Made by a program: the position numbers and the translations under genes
The notes under the pieces: model-generated
Databases searched by the model: none
Told to the model about the DNA's origin: nothing
Seen by the model: the letters and a program-made list of their open reading frames with translations, nothing else
Part shown: piece after piece, positions 9,189-20,013 of the stretch
How the letters are laid out: every line of letters starts with the position of its first letter
Numbering within the stretch: position 1 is the first letter of the stretch
Assembly: GCA_963931065.1 (NCBI GenBank)
Contig: OZ006970.1
Coordinates: 293,498 to 357,497 of the forward strand
Direction of reading: 5' to 3'
Length of the DNA: 64,000 nt
Origin: an uncultured Bacilli bacterium
GTDB lineage: Bacteria; Bacillota_I; Bacilli_A; RF39; UBA660

Positions 9189-11612
9189 TTATACTGTCTC
9201 TATATATTCCATAAGTTTTAAGAATAATTTCATATATTCACGAGATAGCCCATCTTTTCTAAGTTTACGAATAGCAATTCTTTTTTTCTTAATAGGCATA
9301 GAACCAAATATAATATTAGCAAGTTTCTCTTTCAAATAAGTACTAATCTGCAAATCCATTAAAATACTATCTATATCTTCATTAATAAGTCTAACTGCAT
9401 CAATTTCAATATCTTTACCTTTACAATTAATAGTTAACTGTCCAATAGTATTAACATTATTAACCTCAACAACAAAATCATTATCTTCTATATACATAGA
9501 CTCTATTTTAATTTCTTGTTCATTATAATGAGCAGTAACAGACTCTGCCATCTTAGTATTTCTAAATCTAAATTTATAATTACGTCTTATAGGAGCAATA
9601 CCACTCTTACCTTCAATTGACCTTATAATAACAGTATAATTATTCTCTAAATAGTTATAATCTATATCTGTCTTTAAATAATAACCCTCTTTATATAATG
9701 ATGTAAGCCCATCATCTTCATAAAGAGTATAAGTATTAGATATTCCAGGAAATATATGAATTTCCATATCTAAAGGAAGTCCTACGTTATTAACATCACT
9801 TCTATTAGATAAAGGTATAACAGCACCTGCTTTTGCAAAAACAGGATAATCTTCTTCTTTATAGAAAGATACATATTTCTTATCCCCAGGAAATTTCTTA
9901 CCAGTTTTAAAGTCATACCAAACTCCTTCAGGTATATAAAAACGATGTATTGTCCTATTCATAACATTATCTTTTCTTGAAAGTATTGGACAAACTAAAA
10001 GTTCACTTCCTAAAAAATATTGATACTTATAATTATTATCATCTATTACCCATTTGTATTTATAATAAAAAGGTTCTATTAAAACTTTAGCATTCTTATA
10101 ATAATTATAACACTCTGTATATAGATAAGGAATCAATCTATGTCTTAACCGCAAATAATCATTTGCAATAGTTTCTGTTTTAATATCCCATCTCCAAGGC
10201 TCTCTTTTATAATAATTTCCCCTCGCTGCATGAAATCTAAGAATAGGACTAAAAGTACCAAGCTCTACATATCTAATATAAAGTTCACTTATCTCTATAC
10301 CGCCATGATTACCACCTACATCAAAAGACCAAAAAGAAACACCAATATTAGCAGCAGCCATCATACTAGAAGATATTTCTTTAAGTCCTTCCCATGACAC
10401 TTCAGTCTCTCCTGCATATAAAATAGGATATCTATGAGGAGCATAAATACCATTACGACTTAACATAATACTCCTCTTAGCAGGATTACGCCCTATGTCT
10501 TTATAGTTAAAATGATTATAAGCAAGTAACTTAAAAGCATTATTATCCCCTTTATAATCATGAGAGAAAAAATCAACTCCTAAAGATTCTAAAGGATGTA
10601 AAAAGAGTTTAAAATATACATCAAGTAATTTAGGATTTAAAGGATCAAAAACAATTATTTTATTATCATTAATACCTAAATAAGAACAAGCCCTAGCATA
10701 ATATGTCTCATGAGGATAAAGCCCTTCACTAGGATCAATATCAAGACCAAATCTAACATTATGTTCATGTAAAAATTTAGAAACTTCTGAAGGATTAGGA
10801 AATAACTCTTTATTAAAAGTAAAACCTGTATGTAACCCTTTCAAATTACCTACATCCCTATAATGCCAATCTTTATCTAAAAGAAACACTGCTAAAGGAA
10901 CATTACGTCTTTCAAAGTCCAAAACCAATTCTTTAACATCATTTTCATTATAAGTAGTATTACGACTCCACCAATTACCTAAAGCATAACGAGGAATAAG
11001 TTCTGGATTACCAGTAAGACGAAAATAATCTTTTAAAGCCAAAGAGAAATCATCTTTATACATAAATACATATATATCTAAACTACCCTTTTCTCTTTCA
11101 TACAATGTACCATCAGGATTAAATAAAAGACTATTACTATCATCAATACTAGCAAAACCTTCTAAAGAATATAAACCACGCATTAAAGCTCTAGGAGTAT
11201 TAACATCAAGACTAATCATATTCCCACCTAAATTACGTACTTCAGGATGACCATAATACCAATCTCTATCATTTTCACGACCACCCATAAATAGAGTTAT
11301 TTTTAAATTTTTCATAGGATCAACTTTACTACCTAAAAAATGAGCTTCTTTAACATAAGTTAATTTAAAATATTTAGTAGTTATTTCTAAGAATTTAGCA
11401 TCTTGTTTAGTCTGATATTCAGGAAAGTTAAAATACCTGTTAACAGCAAATTGACTAGGAACATCTACAAAAACACCACTAGGACTATATTCAAGTCTAA
11501 CTAGTCTCTCACTTAACATAGTAATACGATAATGTTTACCTTTATAAGTACATTTATCATCGCTTTTAGATTTACTAGTATCTATTTCAAATTGTTTACC
11601 TAGTGGATACAT
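9189..11612 (-). CDS. Glycoside hydrolase family 31 alpha-glucosidase or alpha-xylosidase.
   Basis: An ORF of about 807 aa with the GH31 catalytic region (WSFDVGG..., GNWW, KDWHYRD-like segments). The start is chosen at MYPLGKQ (11612). Confidence 0.8.
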   Translation of the reverse strand: MYPLGKQFEIDTSKSKSDDKCTYKGKHYRITMLSERLVRLEYSPSGVFVDVPSQFAVNRYFNFPEYQTKQDAKFLEITTKYFKLTYVKEAHFLGSKVDPMKNLKITLFMGGRENDRDWYYGHPEVRNLGGNMISLDVNTPRALMRGLYSLEGFASIDDSNSLLFNPDGTLYEREKGSLDIYVFMYKDDFSLALKDYFRLTGNPELIPRYALGNWWSRNTTYNENDVKELVLDFERRNVPLAVFLLDKDWHYRDVGNLKGLHTGFTFNKELFPNPSEVSKFLHEHNVRFGLDIDPSEGLYPHETYYARACSYLGINDNKIIVFDPLNPKLLDVYFKLFLHPLESLGVDFFSHDYKGDNNAFKLLAYNHFNYKDIGRNPAKRSIMLSRNGIYAPHRYPILYAGETEVSWEGLKEISSSMMAAANIGVSFWSFDVGGNHGGIEISELYIRYVELGTFSPILRFHAARGNYYKREPWRWDIKTETIANDYLRLRHRLIPYLYTECYNYYKNAKVLIEPFYYKYKWVIDDNNYKYQYFLGSELLVCPILSRKDNVMNRTIHRFYIPEGVWYDFKTGKKFPGDKKYVSFYKEEDYPVFAKAGAVIPLSNRSDVNNVGLPLDMEIHIFPGISNTYTLYEDDGLTSLYKEGYYLKTDIDYNYLENNYTVIIRSIEGKSGIAPIRRNYKFRFRNTKMAESVTAHYNEQEIKIESMYIEDNDFVVEVNNVNTIGQLTINCKGKDIEIDAVRLINEDIDSILMDLQISTYLKEKLANIIFGSMPIKKKRIAIRKLRKDGLSREYMKLFLKLMEYIETV

Positions 11613-11870
11613 AAATATCACCAATCCTTTTATTCTCTTTAATTTTATCACAATTATAAAAGAAATAAAAGACAAAATAAAGAGTTATATTTTACTAGTA
11701 GCCCCTAATATATATTAAACACTAACACAGTTATTATAACTATAGTTTGAAAGTTACTACCCTAACCATCCACTTCTAATATAAATTTTAAAAAGAATAG
11801 AATAATACTATTCCATTCTCTATTATTTTTAATAATCTCATATTAACATAATTTTTCTAAATGACAATCA

Positions 11871-13013
11871 CTAATCATCTAAAAACATTACATAATACTC
11901 ATCATAAGTAATATTATGTTCCTTAATATATTTAGCAATTTTCTTACCAACATACCTATAATGCCAGGCTTCACACTTATAACCAGTAATATCTTCTTTA
12001 CTCTTAGGATATCTTAATATAAAACCATACTTATAAGCATTATCCATCATCCAAACATATTCATCACTATTAACAAAAGTATCTACACTCTTACTAGCAA
12101 CATCTAAACTCATCGCTGTCTGATGCTCTGAAAAACCAGGTTTCGCTACATAATTATCAACATATTTTTGTCCATAAAGTTCTAAATAAGTATTAGTAAT
12201 CTCTTCTTGATCTTTATAACTCCTATACCCAGAACTTACCATAAGTTCCATACCATCATCTTTCGCTGCCTCTGCCATATCATAAAAAGCCTTCGCTACA
12301 TTTCTTTCTATTTCAATTTCGCCATCAGTCTTAACATATTCATCTTTTATCTTAACTAAATCATCTGGAATATACTTACTACTAAGTTGTCTATGTTTAT
12401 TAACAAGTACATAATCATCAAAATCATCTATCACTAAAGGATCTATATAATCTTCTTTATCAAAGTCCATATTTACATATAAAACTGTAGTCTTAGCATC
12501 ATCATTTTCTTTTTCTTGATATAAAACATATCTATCTAAATTCTCTAGTTTTGCAAAATCCACAGCTAAAAACTCTTCTATATACTTAACTTTATCACGT
12601 TTTACAAAATCACTAACTGATTTATCATCTCCTCTTGAAATTATCAAATTAATCTCATTTACACTATAACCTATATCTAATAGTTTATTAATATTACTAA
12701 TTAAATGTTTTTGATTCTGATAATCTATCTTTGCATAACTATCAAGATTCTCTTTAATATAATCATCACTTTCAAAAGCTTTATTTAAAGTCTTATTTTC
12801 TCCTATATCCATTATATAAGAATATTTAAATTTAAATATTATACTTTTAGCAGAATCTTCACTATAACCTAAACTCTTAAGTTCCCCTATTCTATTAAAG
12901 TAAAATAATAAAATAATTATTATAATTAAAATAACTACACTACATATAACTAAAGGTTTTCTTACATTATTTTTCAACTTTAACTTAGCTTTCTTTTTGA
13001 CCACACTAATCAC
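11871..13013 (-). CDS. VanY-type D-alanyl-D-alanine carboxypeptidase (peptidase M15B), membrane anchored.
   Basis: An N-terminal TM helix, then the M15B motifs SGYRSY...SEHQT...D and a C-terminal His region. Confidence 0.75.
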   Translation of the reverse strand: MISVVKKKAKLKLKNNVRKPLVICSVVILIIIIILLFYFNRIGELKSLGYSEDSAKSIIFKFKYSYIMDIGENKTLNKAFESDDYIKENLDSYAKIDYQNQKHLISNINKLLDIGYSVNEINLIISRGDDKSVSDFVKRDKVKYIEEFLAVDFAKLENLDRYVLYQEKENDDAKTTVLYVNMDFDKEDYIDPLVIDDFDDYVLVNKHRQLSSKYIPDDLVKIKDEYVKTDGEIEIERNVAKAFYDMAEAAKDDGMELMVSSGYRSYKDQEEITNTYLELYGQKYVDNYVAKPGFSEHQTAMSLDVASKSVDTFVNSDEYVWMMDNAYKYGFILRYPKSKEDITGYKCEAWHYRYVGKKIAKYIKEHNITYDEYYVMFLDD

Positions 13014-13090
13014 ATCCTTACTACTATACTAAAGATTATATCATAGTTTTCAAATCTTTTAAACATATGATATAATAAGCTTTCAAGGAA

Positions 13091-14233
13091 GTGATTAATC
13101 TGAAAACAGCAATTGTCTTATCAGGTGGAGGCTCTAAAGGAAGTTATGAATTAGGTGTTTGGAAAGCCCTACGAAAACTACACATTAAATATGATATTGT
13201 AACAGGAACATCAATAGGTGCTTTAAATGGAGCCTTTATGTGCGAAAACTCTTATTTTAAAGCCAAAAAAATATGGAAAAAAATAAATTTAGAATATCTA
13301 TTCAATGAATTACCAAAATCAAATAAAGAAATAGACATTCTTAAACTATTTGGAAGTAATTTTATTAAAAATGGTGGTATGGATATTAAAAAAATAGAAA
13401 CTATTCTAAAAGAGTCTATTAATAAAAGAAAGTTTTACAATAGTAAAATTGATTTTGGCCTAATCACTTATAATTTTACTACTAAAAAGCCTTTAATCTT
13501 AACTAAGAATACCATACCTAAAGATAAACTTATAGACTATCTCATGGCTTCTGCAACCTGTTTCCCTGCTTTTAAAATGAAAGAAATAGATGGCTACAAA
13601 TATATAGATGGTGGTTACTATGATAACTTACCAATTGATCTTGCCATAAAACTAGGAGCAGAATTTCTAATTATTGTTGATTTAGAAGCACCAGGTTTTA
13701 AGAAAAAAGTTAATAAACAAATAGATAATATAATAATAAAACCTAAAAATAACATCTCTTTCTTTTTAAATTTTAATGAAGATTCTACTAAAATAAATAC
13801 TAAATTAGGTTACAATGACACTCTAAAAGCTTTTAAAAAATTAGATGGTAATAAATTTACCTTTAAAAAGAATACTATTAATAAGTATTTTCTTAATAAC
13901 AAAGATATTTTATTAGATACTACTGAAAAAAATTTCTTAAATTCTATAGAACAACTAGGTAAAACATTTAAATTAGATGAAACAAAAATATATAGTTTTA
14001 AAAGTTTTATTAAAGAAATAAATAAAAAAATAAAAATAGAAGATGCCCTAGATAAAGAAATAATTAAAAATATAAATAACTTAACTAAAAAGCTTAATTC
14101 CAAAACATTAATATTATTCTTCTTAAGTCATTTAGAAAATAATAATAACCCTAAAAATTTAAATAAATTTTTTCCTAAAGAATATAAACTAGCTAGGTAT
14201 TTACAAATATTAGGAGTAAGATATGGAAAATAA
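13091..14233 (+). CDS. Patatin-like phospholipase.
   Basis: A GGGSKGSY oxyanion motif, a GTSIGALNG (GxSxG) nucleophile motif and a DGG catalytic Asp. Confidence 0.85.
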   Translation: MINLKTAIVLSGGGSKGSYELGVWKALRKLHIKYDIVTGTSIGALNGAFMCENSYFKAKKIWKKINLEYLFNELPKSNKEIDILKLFGSNFIKNGGMDIKKIETILKESINKRKFYNSKIDFGLITYNFTTKKPLILTKNTIPKDKLIDYLMASATCFPAFKMKEIDGYKYIDGGYYDNLPIDLAIKLGAEFLIIVDLEAPGFKKKVNKQIDNIIIKPKNNISFFLNFNEDSTKINTKLGYNDTLKAFKKLDGNKFTFKKNTINKYFLNNKDILLDTTEKNFLNSIEQLGKTFKLDETKIYSFKSFIKEINKKIKIEDALDKEIIKNINNLTKKLNSKTLILFFLSHLENNNNPKNLNKFFPKEYKLARYLQILGVRYGK

Positions 14234-15179
14234 ATTTAAATATACAATTGATAATAAAAGATATCATACCCTAACTTATTATTATAAAGAAAAATTCAAC
14301 TCTAAAGTCTGTAAAGTAAGTTTAAATGCTAACTTTACTTGTCCTAACATTGATGGTAAAGTTGGGTTTGGTGGTTGTATTTATTGTTCTAAATTAGGTA
14401 GTGGTGAATATGCAGGAAACCCTAAAGATGATTTAATCAAACAATTTGAAAAAGGAAAAGAAATAATGCTAAAGAAATGGCCTAATGCTAAATTTATCGC
14501 TTACTTTCAAGCGAACACTAATACTTATGCTCCTATAGAAAGATTAAAAGAATGTTTTGAGCCATTTATAAATAAAGATGATTGTATTGGCTTATCTATC
14601 GCTACAAGAAGTGATAGTATAACAGATGAATGTTTAAACTATTTAGAAGATATTAATAAAAGAACTTTTTTAATAGTTGAATTAGGACTTCAAACAATTC
14701 ATGAAAAAACAAGTAAACTTATTAATAGATGTTCTACTCTTAATAACTTTGATAATATGGTTAAAAAATTAAAGGAAAAAAATATCAATGTTGTTGTTCA
14801 CATAATTAATGGTCTACCCTATGAAACAAAAGAAATGATGATTGACACTGTTAAACATTTAAATGACTTAGATATTGATGGTATAAAAATACATATGTTA
14901 GGAGTACTAAAAGATACCCCCTTAGAAAAATATTACCAAAAACATAAATTTCATATTCTAACTAAAGAAGAATATGTTAATATAGTAGTAAAACAACTAG
15001 AACATCTAGATGAAAAAATTGTAATACATCGTCTAACAGAAGATCCCAAAAAAGATGATATAATAGAACCAACTTGGCTTACTAAAAAGTTTACAATTTT
15101 AAATGAAATAGACAAAATAATGAATAAAGAAAATCTCTATCAAGGAGACATGATAAAGGAGAAAAAGAAAAATGAATAA
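14223..15179 (+). CDS. Radical SAM protein, TIGR01212-like family.
   Basis: A CPNIDGKVGFGGCIYC cysteine cluster near the N-terminus. It overlaps the patatin gene by 11 nt, which suggests an operon. Confidence 0.8.
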   Translation: MENKFKYTIDNKRYHTLTYYYKEKFNSKVCKVSLNANFTCPNIDGKVGFGGCIYCSKLGSGEYAGNPKDDLIKQFEKGKEIMLKKWPNAKFIAYFQANTNTYAPIERLKECFEPFINKDDCIGLSIATRSDSITDECLNYLEDINKRTFLIVELGLQTIHEKTSKLINRCSTLNNFDNMVKKLKEKNINVVVHIINGLPYETKEMMIDTVKHLNDLDIDGIKIHMLGVLKDTPLEKYYQKHKFHILTKEEYVNIVVKQLEHLDEKIVIHRLTEDPKKDDIIEPTWLTKKFTILNEIDKIMNKENLYQGDMIKEKKKNE

Positions 15180-16014
15180 CTATTACAATTTATTAATGGC
15201 AAGAAGAATCAATATGATTGAACAAAATTTAAATGAAGAATATATAAGAAAATTTAATCTTAGTATTGATACTATTAAAAAGAAAAGAAAAAAGAAGTTA
15301 AAAATTAAAGAACTAGATGAATTAAAATATATTATTAATGATTTACAAACTATCCCTAAAGATGAAAAGTTTAAAGAATATATATTAAGACATCTAAAAG
15401 TATTTCTAATATATGGAAATGTAAAATTAATAGAGAAAAATAATATTGTTTTAGACTTAACAACTGATAAAGAAACTGCTATATTATATATAGAAATTAA
15501 TAAAGATTATATTACCTCTACCCTAAAAGGAAATGATTATAAAGAAGAAACTAGTTATAAAAAATTAGATACTGATTACTATACAACCTTTAAAAGAATA
15601 GAGAAAAATATATATAAAAACAGAAATACAAGTCTACATATAATTGATACTAATGAAGAATTTCATGGTTTTCATAATAACATAGAAACAGTAACAAAAC
15701 TTATTTCTAAACATGATAACTATACTAAAGATAATATAACTGAAACAATTAGTAGAAAAGGATTTGGTGAAAATAATTATAAAGAAATAACTAATTACTA
15801 TCGCCAAGATGGATTCATTGTTAGAAAATATCAAAAAAAATATAAAAATATAAACATAGGTAATCTTTTAAATTATAAAGAATATCAAATTAGTGAAGAT
15901 TATAATAAAGATAATAAATATTTAAATCCAATAGGTTATTATAAAAAGTTTGATAGTAAATTGTATAACCCTTTCTTAAGAGGTAAATGTAATATAAAAA
16001 CTCTATACAAGTAA
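15172..16014 (+). CDS. Hypothetical protein rich in K, N and Y.
   Basis: 280-aa ORF that is translationally coupled to the radical-SAM gene. I recognise no family. Confidence 0.4.
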   Translation: MNNYYNLLMARRINMIEQNLNEEYIRKFNLSIDTIKKKRKKKLKIKELDELKYIINDLQTIPKDEKFKEYILRHLKVFLIYGNVKLIEKNNIVLDLTTDKETAILYIEINKDYITSTLKGNDYKEETSYKKLDTDYYTTFKRIEKNIYKNRNTSLHIIDTNEEFHGFHNNIETVTKLISKHDNYTKDNITETISRKGFGENNYKEITNYYRQDGFIVRKYQKKYKNINIGNLLNYKEYQISEDYNKDNKYLNPIGYYKKFDSKLYNPFLRGKCNIKTLYK

Positions 16015-16025
16015 TAGGAGGAAAT

Positions 16026-16652
16026 ATGAGAAATATTAATATTAAAAAGGCTTTAAAAAAACTAATAGCCTTGGGTTCACTTTCTTTTGTTTTAGTAACA
16101 ACAGGATGTTCTAGTAAAGAAAATAATGTAGAAAAAGAAACTGAAGTGACAACAGAAATAGAAAACAATAACGAACAAGAAAGCACAACAAATACTAATG
16201 AAGAAACTTTTGATAATTTTGAAAGTAAAAGAGAAGAAATTGATAGTTTAATTTATACAGAAAATTTTGAAAAAGTAGATGAAGTTTGGGGAGATTATTT
16301 TATAGATGCAATAGACTTTATATTCTATGGTAAAGAATATAATAACACCAAATTTGCCGATTTAAATCCTGAAACTCAAAAAGAGTGTATTGAAGAACTT
16401 ATTAATACAAAAAACAAAATTGAAAGTATTAATCCTAATTGGCAAGAAGACATAGAAAACATAAAAGGTAGTGCTATAGAAACATACTATAATATTTTAG
16501 AAAAAATAGAACAACTTATAGGAACAGATAATTATAATAATATTGGAGATTTAATTAATAGCCTTAAAGATGGAGGAAAAAACATATTAAACGATATAGG
16601 AGATTCGCTAAATAACTGGTATCAAGGTTACAAAAATCAGCATCAGAAGTGA
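16026..16652 (+). CDS. Putative lipoprotein.
   Basis: A signal peptide with a lipobox (LVTTGCSS), and an RBS-like AGGAGG 6 nt upstream. Confidence 0.5.
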   Translation: MRNINIKKALKKLIALGSLSFVLVTTGCSSKENNVEKETEVTTEIENNNEQESTTNTNEETFDNFESKREEIDSLIYTENFEKVDEVWGDYFIDAIDFIFYGKEYNNTKFADLNPETQKECIEELINTKNKIESINPNWQEDIENIKGSAIETYYNILEKIEQLIGTDNYNNIGDLINSLKDGGKNILNDIGDSLNNWYQGYKNQHQK

Positions 16653-16724
16653 TTATATGTAAAGTAATCACTTTTTACTTGTAAATAGACACTACTTAGA
16701 TTATAATGTTTATAAGAGTAAAGG

Positions 16725-17447
16725 ATGATATATATGGATAAACACGTTAGAATTATAACTGTATCTGCTCTTTCCTTACTTGGAATTCTTTGTATTTCAT
16801 CAGGAATAATGTATAATTCCTTACAAGAAAATAATGTAGAAGAAAAAGTATTAGTCATAGTAGAACAAAAACAAGTAAGTAAAGAAAATGACATTGATAT
16901 AAAATTAAAAAATTTAACTATCGAAGTTAATACTCCTTTAAGTGTAAAGATAATTGACTATTTAGACAGTGCTGTAAGAGATGAAGTCCTAGCCAATTTA
17001 AAGCTTGATACAAGTGCTGTTAATGTTACTAAACCAGGAACTTATAATTATACAGTTAGTTATAAAAAGAAAACATATCAAGGTATTATTATTGTAAAAG
17101 AAAAAGAAATAGTAAATAATACTTTACAAAGTATAACCCTAAAAACTGTAAATATAAATGTAGGTACTGCCCTACCAACTGATGTTAGTAATTATGTAAT
17201 AGAACCTCTAACAGATGAAGTAAAAACTAATATGTTAATTAATCTTAGTAAAGTTAATGTCAATATAGCAGGTAGTTATCAATATACAATTACTTATAAT
17301 AATAGTATATATACAGGTACAATAGTTGTAACTGAAACACAGCCTACCCTATCTACTAATATAGATGAATCTAATACTGAAACAGAAAAAGAAACTGATA
17401 CAAATACTGAAATTGATACAAATAAAACAACTGCTCAAATTAATTAA
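16725..17447 (+). CDS. Membrane-anchored protein with two internal domain repeats of about 70 aa and a T/E/N-rich tail.
   Basis: An N-terminal TM helix, then the repeated motifs (NVTKPGTYNYTVSYKKKTYQG / NIAGSYQYTITYNNSIYTG). Confidence 0.45.
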   Translation: MIYMDKHVRIITVSALSLLGILCISSGIMYNSLQENNVEEKVLVIVEQKQVSKENDIDIKLKNLTIEVNTPLSVKIIDYLDSAVRDEVLANLKLDTSAVNVTKPGTYNYTVSYKKKTYQGIIIVKEKEIVNNTLQSITLKTVNINVGTALPTDVSNYVIEPLTDEVKTNMLINLSKVNVNIAGSYQYTITYNNSIYTGTIVVTETQPTLSTNIDESNTETEKETDTNTEIDTNKTTAQIN

Positions 17448-17480
17448 CATTAAAATTTCTTAAATTTATATGAATTTTAA

Positions 17481-17515
17481 AAATTGACTTAAAAAAAGAA
17501 GTCAATTTTTTATTT
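17481..17515 (+). terminator. Rho-independent terminator.
   Basis: AATTGACTT-loop-AAGTCAATT followed by TTTTTATTTT. Confidence 0.5.
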
Positions 17516-17648
17516 TCTCTAGAGGAATTTATAAAATTAGAGAGTGTTTATACCTCCAAATACTATTTTTCGTAAATTGCAATCTATTTTAACTTATGTT
17601 AGAGTGTAGGCATCTACGTAGAAATATTAAAAATTATTGGAGGTGTTT

Positions 17649-17714
17649 ATGAAAAAAGAAGGAAATAATAAAAAGACTGAGAAAAAATTTATTAGTTTAT
17701 TAAGTTATGGGTAG
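17649..17714 (+). pseudogene. 5' fragment (19 codons plus an RBS) of an Rpn-family PD-(D/E)XK nuclease (TIGR01784-like) gene, severed by the RIT insertion.
   Basis: A strong RBS (GGAGGTGTTTATG). MKKEGNNKKTEKKFISLLS runs straight into the element's left inverted repeat. Joining it to 21117.. restores a 288-aa Rpn-like ORF. Confidence 0.65.
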
Positions 17715-17793
17715 ATAAATATTATGAGAAGTTAAAAGAAAAACTCCTTATTTTATAAGGAATTAGTCTTTATTTACTTCTCATAATGTTTTT
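17705..17793. repeat. Left terminal inverted repeat of the RIT element. It is 89 bp and internally palindromic (ATTATGAGAAG...CTTCTCATAAT).
   Basis: Exact reverse-complement match to 20995-21083. Confidence 0.85.
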
Positions 17794-17834
17794 TGTATTA
17801 TACTCCTGTATTCATAAATACAAAAAGGAGTGTG

Positions 17835-19061
17835 ATGAAAATGAATACAAAACAATTATTTTTAAGGAAAGGAGATTATTTTAGTTATTTAGAAGAACTT
17901 GGAATGTGTAAAAATACAATATGGGTAAATAAGTATGTAATTAATAATTTTGAAAAATATTGTATGACTAATGACATTAGTACAATAAATAAAGATGTTG
18001 TTAAACAGTTTTATTTAAATAGCCTTGATTATGTTAATAAAACGAAAAATTACCAATTCGTTTTAAAAAGACCAATACTAGCCTTTTTAGATTATTGTAA
18101 TACTGGTTCATTCTTAAAAGAATATTCTAATAAGAAAGTAGAACACATAATTATAAATAATGATTTTAAAAAAATATTCAATGAATATAAGAATAATATT
18201 TTACTTCAATCTGAATTATCTAATAAAAGTGTTAATAGAAAAGTTAGAGTTATAACTAATTTACTAAATAATATTTCTAATATGGGTATAAATAAATTAG
18301 AAAGTTTAAATGAACAAATAATAACTACCTATATAAATAGAAATTTAAATATTTATAGTAAAAGTACTATTAATTGTTATAAAAGTATTATAGTTGAATT
18401 TTTAAGTTATCTTCACGATAATAACTTGATATCATTCTCAAAAAAATTAGTAACTTACAAATCATCTAATTCAAGAGATATTGTTGCCAGTAGTTTTACA
18501 ACAGATGAGGTTAAAATGATTTTAGACTCAATCGACACATCAACTAAGCATGGCAAACATCATTATTTAATTATAGTTTTACTAGCATATTATGGACTAA
18601 GAGTTGGGGACATAATGAAATTACAATTTAAAAATATAAATTTTAATACCAACAAAATATCATTAATACAGAGTAAAACAAAGGTAGAACTTGTTTTACC
18701 TTTAGTTGATGAAGTAAAGTTTGCCTTACTTGATTATATAAAAAATAGTAGACCATCTAATACAAATAACGACTACATTTTACTTACAATACATGCACCA
18801 CATAAGGAGTATACTAACATTGACGCTTTTTATACTATTATTAGCAGAATAATTCTAAACTCTGGTATAAGTTTGGATGATAGAAAAAATGGGAGTCGTG
18901 TATTTAGACACAGTTTGGCTACAAACATGATAAATAAAAATGTAGAATTGTATAAGATAAGTAATGTTTTGGGACATAAAAGTACAAGGACAACAAGTAA
19001 ATATATAAGCAGGGATACAAATCTTCTAAAAGAAATAACTTTGGAGGTTAATTATGAATGA
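17835..19061 (+). CDS. Tyrosine recombinase RitA-like, first gene of the trio.
   Basis: A C-terminal catalytic domain with R...HxxR...Y (FRHSLAT...GHKSTRTTSKY). The start is taken at the ATG after the AAAGGAG RBS. The stop overlaps the ritB start in ATGAATGA. Confidence 0.8.
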   Translation: MKMNTKQLFLRKGDYFSYLEELGMCKNTIWVNKYVINNFEKYCMTNDISTINKDVVKQFYLNSLDYVNKTKNYQFVLKRPILAFLDYCNTGSFLKEYSNKKVEHIIINNDFKKIFNEYKNNILLQSELSNKSVNRKVRVITNLLNNISNMGINKLESLNEQIITTYINRNLNIYSKSTINCYKSIIVEFLSYLHDNNLISFSKKLVTYKSSNSRDIVASSFTTDEVKMILDSIDTSTKHGKHHYLIIVLLAYYGLRVGDIMKLQFKNINFNTNKISLIQSKTKVELVLPLVDEVKFALLDYIKNSRPSNTNNDYILLTIHAPHKEYTNIDAFYTIISRIILNSGISLDDRKNGSRVFRHSLATNMINKNVELYKISNVLGHKSTRTTSKYISRDTNLLKEITLEVNYE

Positions 19062-20013
19062 CAATATATATATTCCAAATTTTAAAAGTATTTTTAAAGA
19101 TGAATTATTTGATTTTATTATGTTTAAAAGAAGTAATGGTTATAAATATGGTAGAAGAAAGTGTTATAATTTTATTAGGCTTGATACTTTTTTTATTCAT
19201 TATAAATTAGATGAGAAAAAAATAACTAATGAATGTATTGATGAGTGGCTTAAACAATTTAATAGTTTATCTATTAATACAAAACAACTTTATTATGGTG
19301 TAATTCATATGTTTACAGAATATTTAGTATGCAGAAATTATACAAATATTACTATTCCAAGTATTAATTATTTCAATGGAAAATCTGGATTCGTTCCTTA
19401 TATTTATACTAAGAAAGAATTAAAAGATATATTTAATGAAAGTAAGAATAATGATACTCTTTATATGACATTACATCTACTTTATCATTGTGGTTTAAGA
19501 ATTAGTGAGGTTGGCAATTTAAAACTTTCTGATTTTAATATTTTTAATAAAACTATTATCATAAGGCATAGCAAAAACGATGTAACAAGATTAATTCCTT
19601 TAACAGATGCCATAACCAGTATGTTGCAAAATTATATTGGTTCAAAAAATCTTAATCAAAATGATTATATTTTTGAATGCAAAAATAAAAGACAAACTTT
19701 TCAACTTAAAACTAGAGACAATTTTCATAAAGTTTTAGAAAAAACTCAAATTAAAAAAAGAGAAAATGATAAGTGGCCTCGTCTTCATGATTTAAGACAT
19801 ACCTTTGCGGTGCATGCTTTAGAACAAATGCAAGACAAAGGATTTGATCTATATACATCTTTACCATCATTATCAATTTATTTAGGACACAAATCAATTG
19901 TTGAAACTGAATATTACTTAAGATTTACTTCTTCATACAGTAATAAAGTTTTAACTTCCAATGAATATATAGATGATTTATACATTGAAAAGGAGACATA
20001 TAAAAATGAATGA
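19054..20013 (+). CDS. Tyrosine recombinase RitB-like, second gene of the trio.
   Basis: LHDLRHTFAVHAL...LGHKSIVETEYY catalytic residues. ATGAATGA overlaps at both ends. Confidence 0.8.
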   Translation: MNDNIYIPNFKSIFKDELFDFIMFKRSNGYKYGRRKCYNFIRLDTFFIHYKLDEKKITNECIDEWLKQFNSLSINTKQLYYGVIHMFTEYLVCRNYTNITIPSINYFNGKSGFVPYIYTKKELKDIFNESKNNDTLYMTLHLLYHCGLRISEVGNLKLSDFNIFNKTIIIRHSKNDVTRLIPLTDAITSMLQNYIGSKNLNQNDYIFECKNKRQTFQLKTRDNFHKVLEKTQIKKRENDKWPRLHDLRHTFAVHALEQMQDKGFDLYTSLPSLSIYLGHKSIVETEYYLRFTSSYSNKVLTSNEYIDDLYIEKETYKNE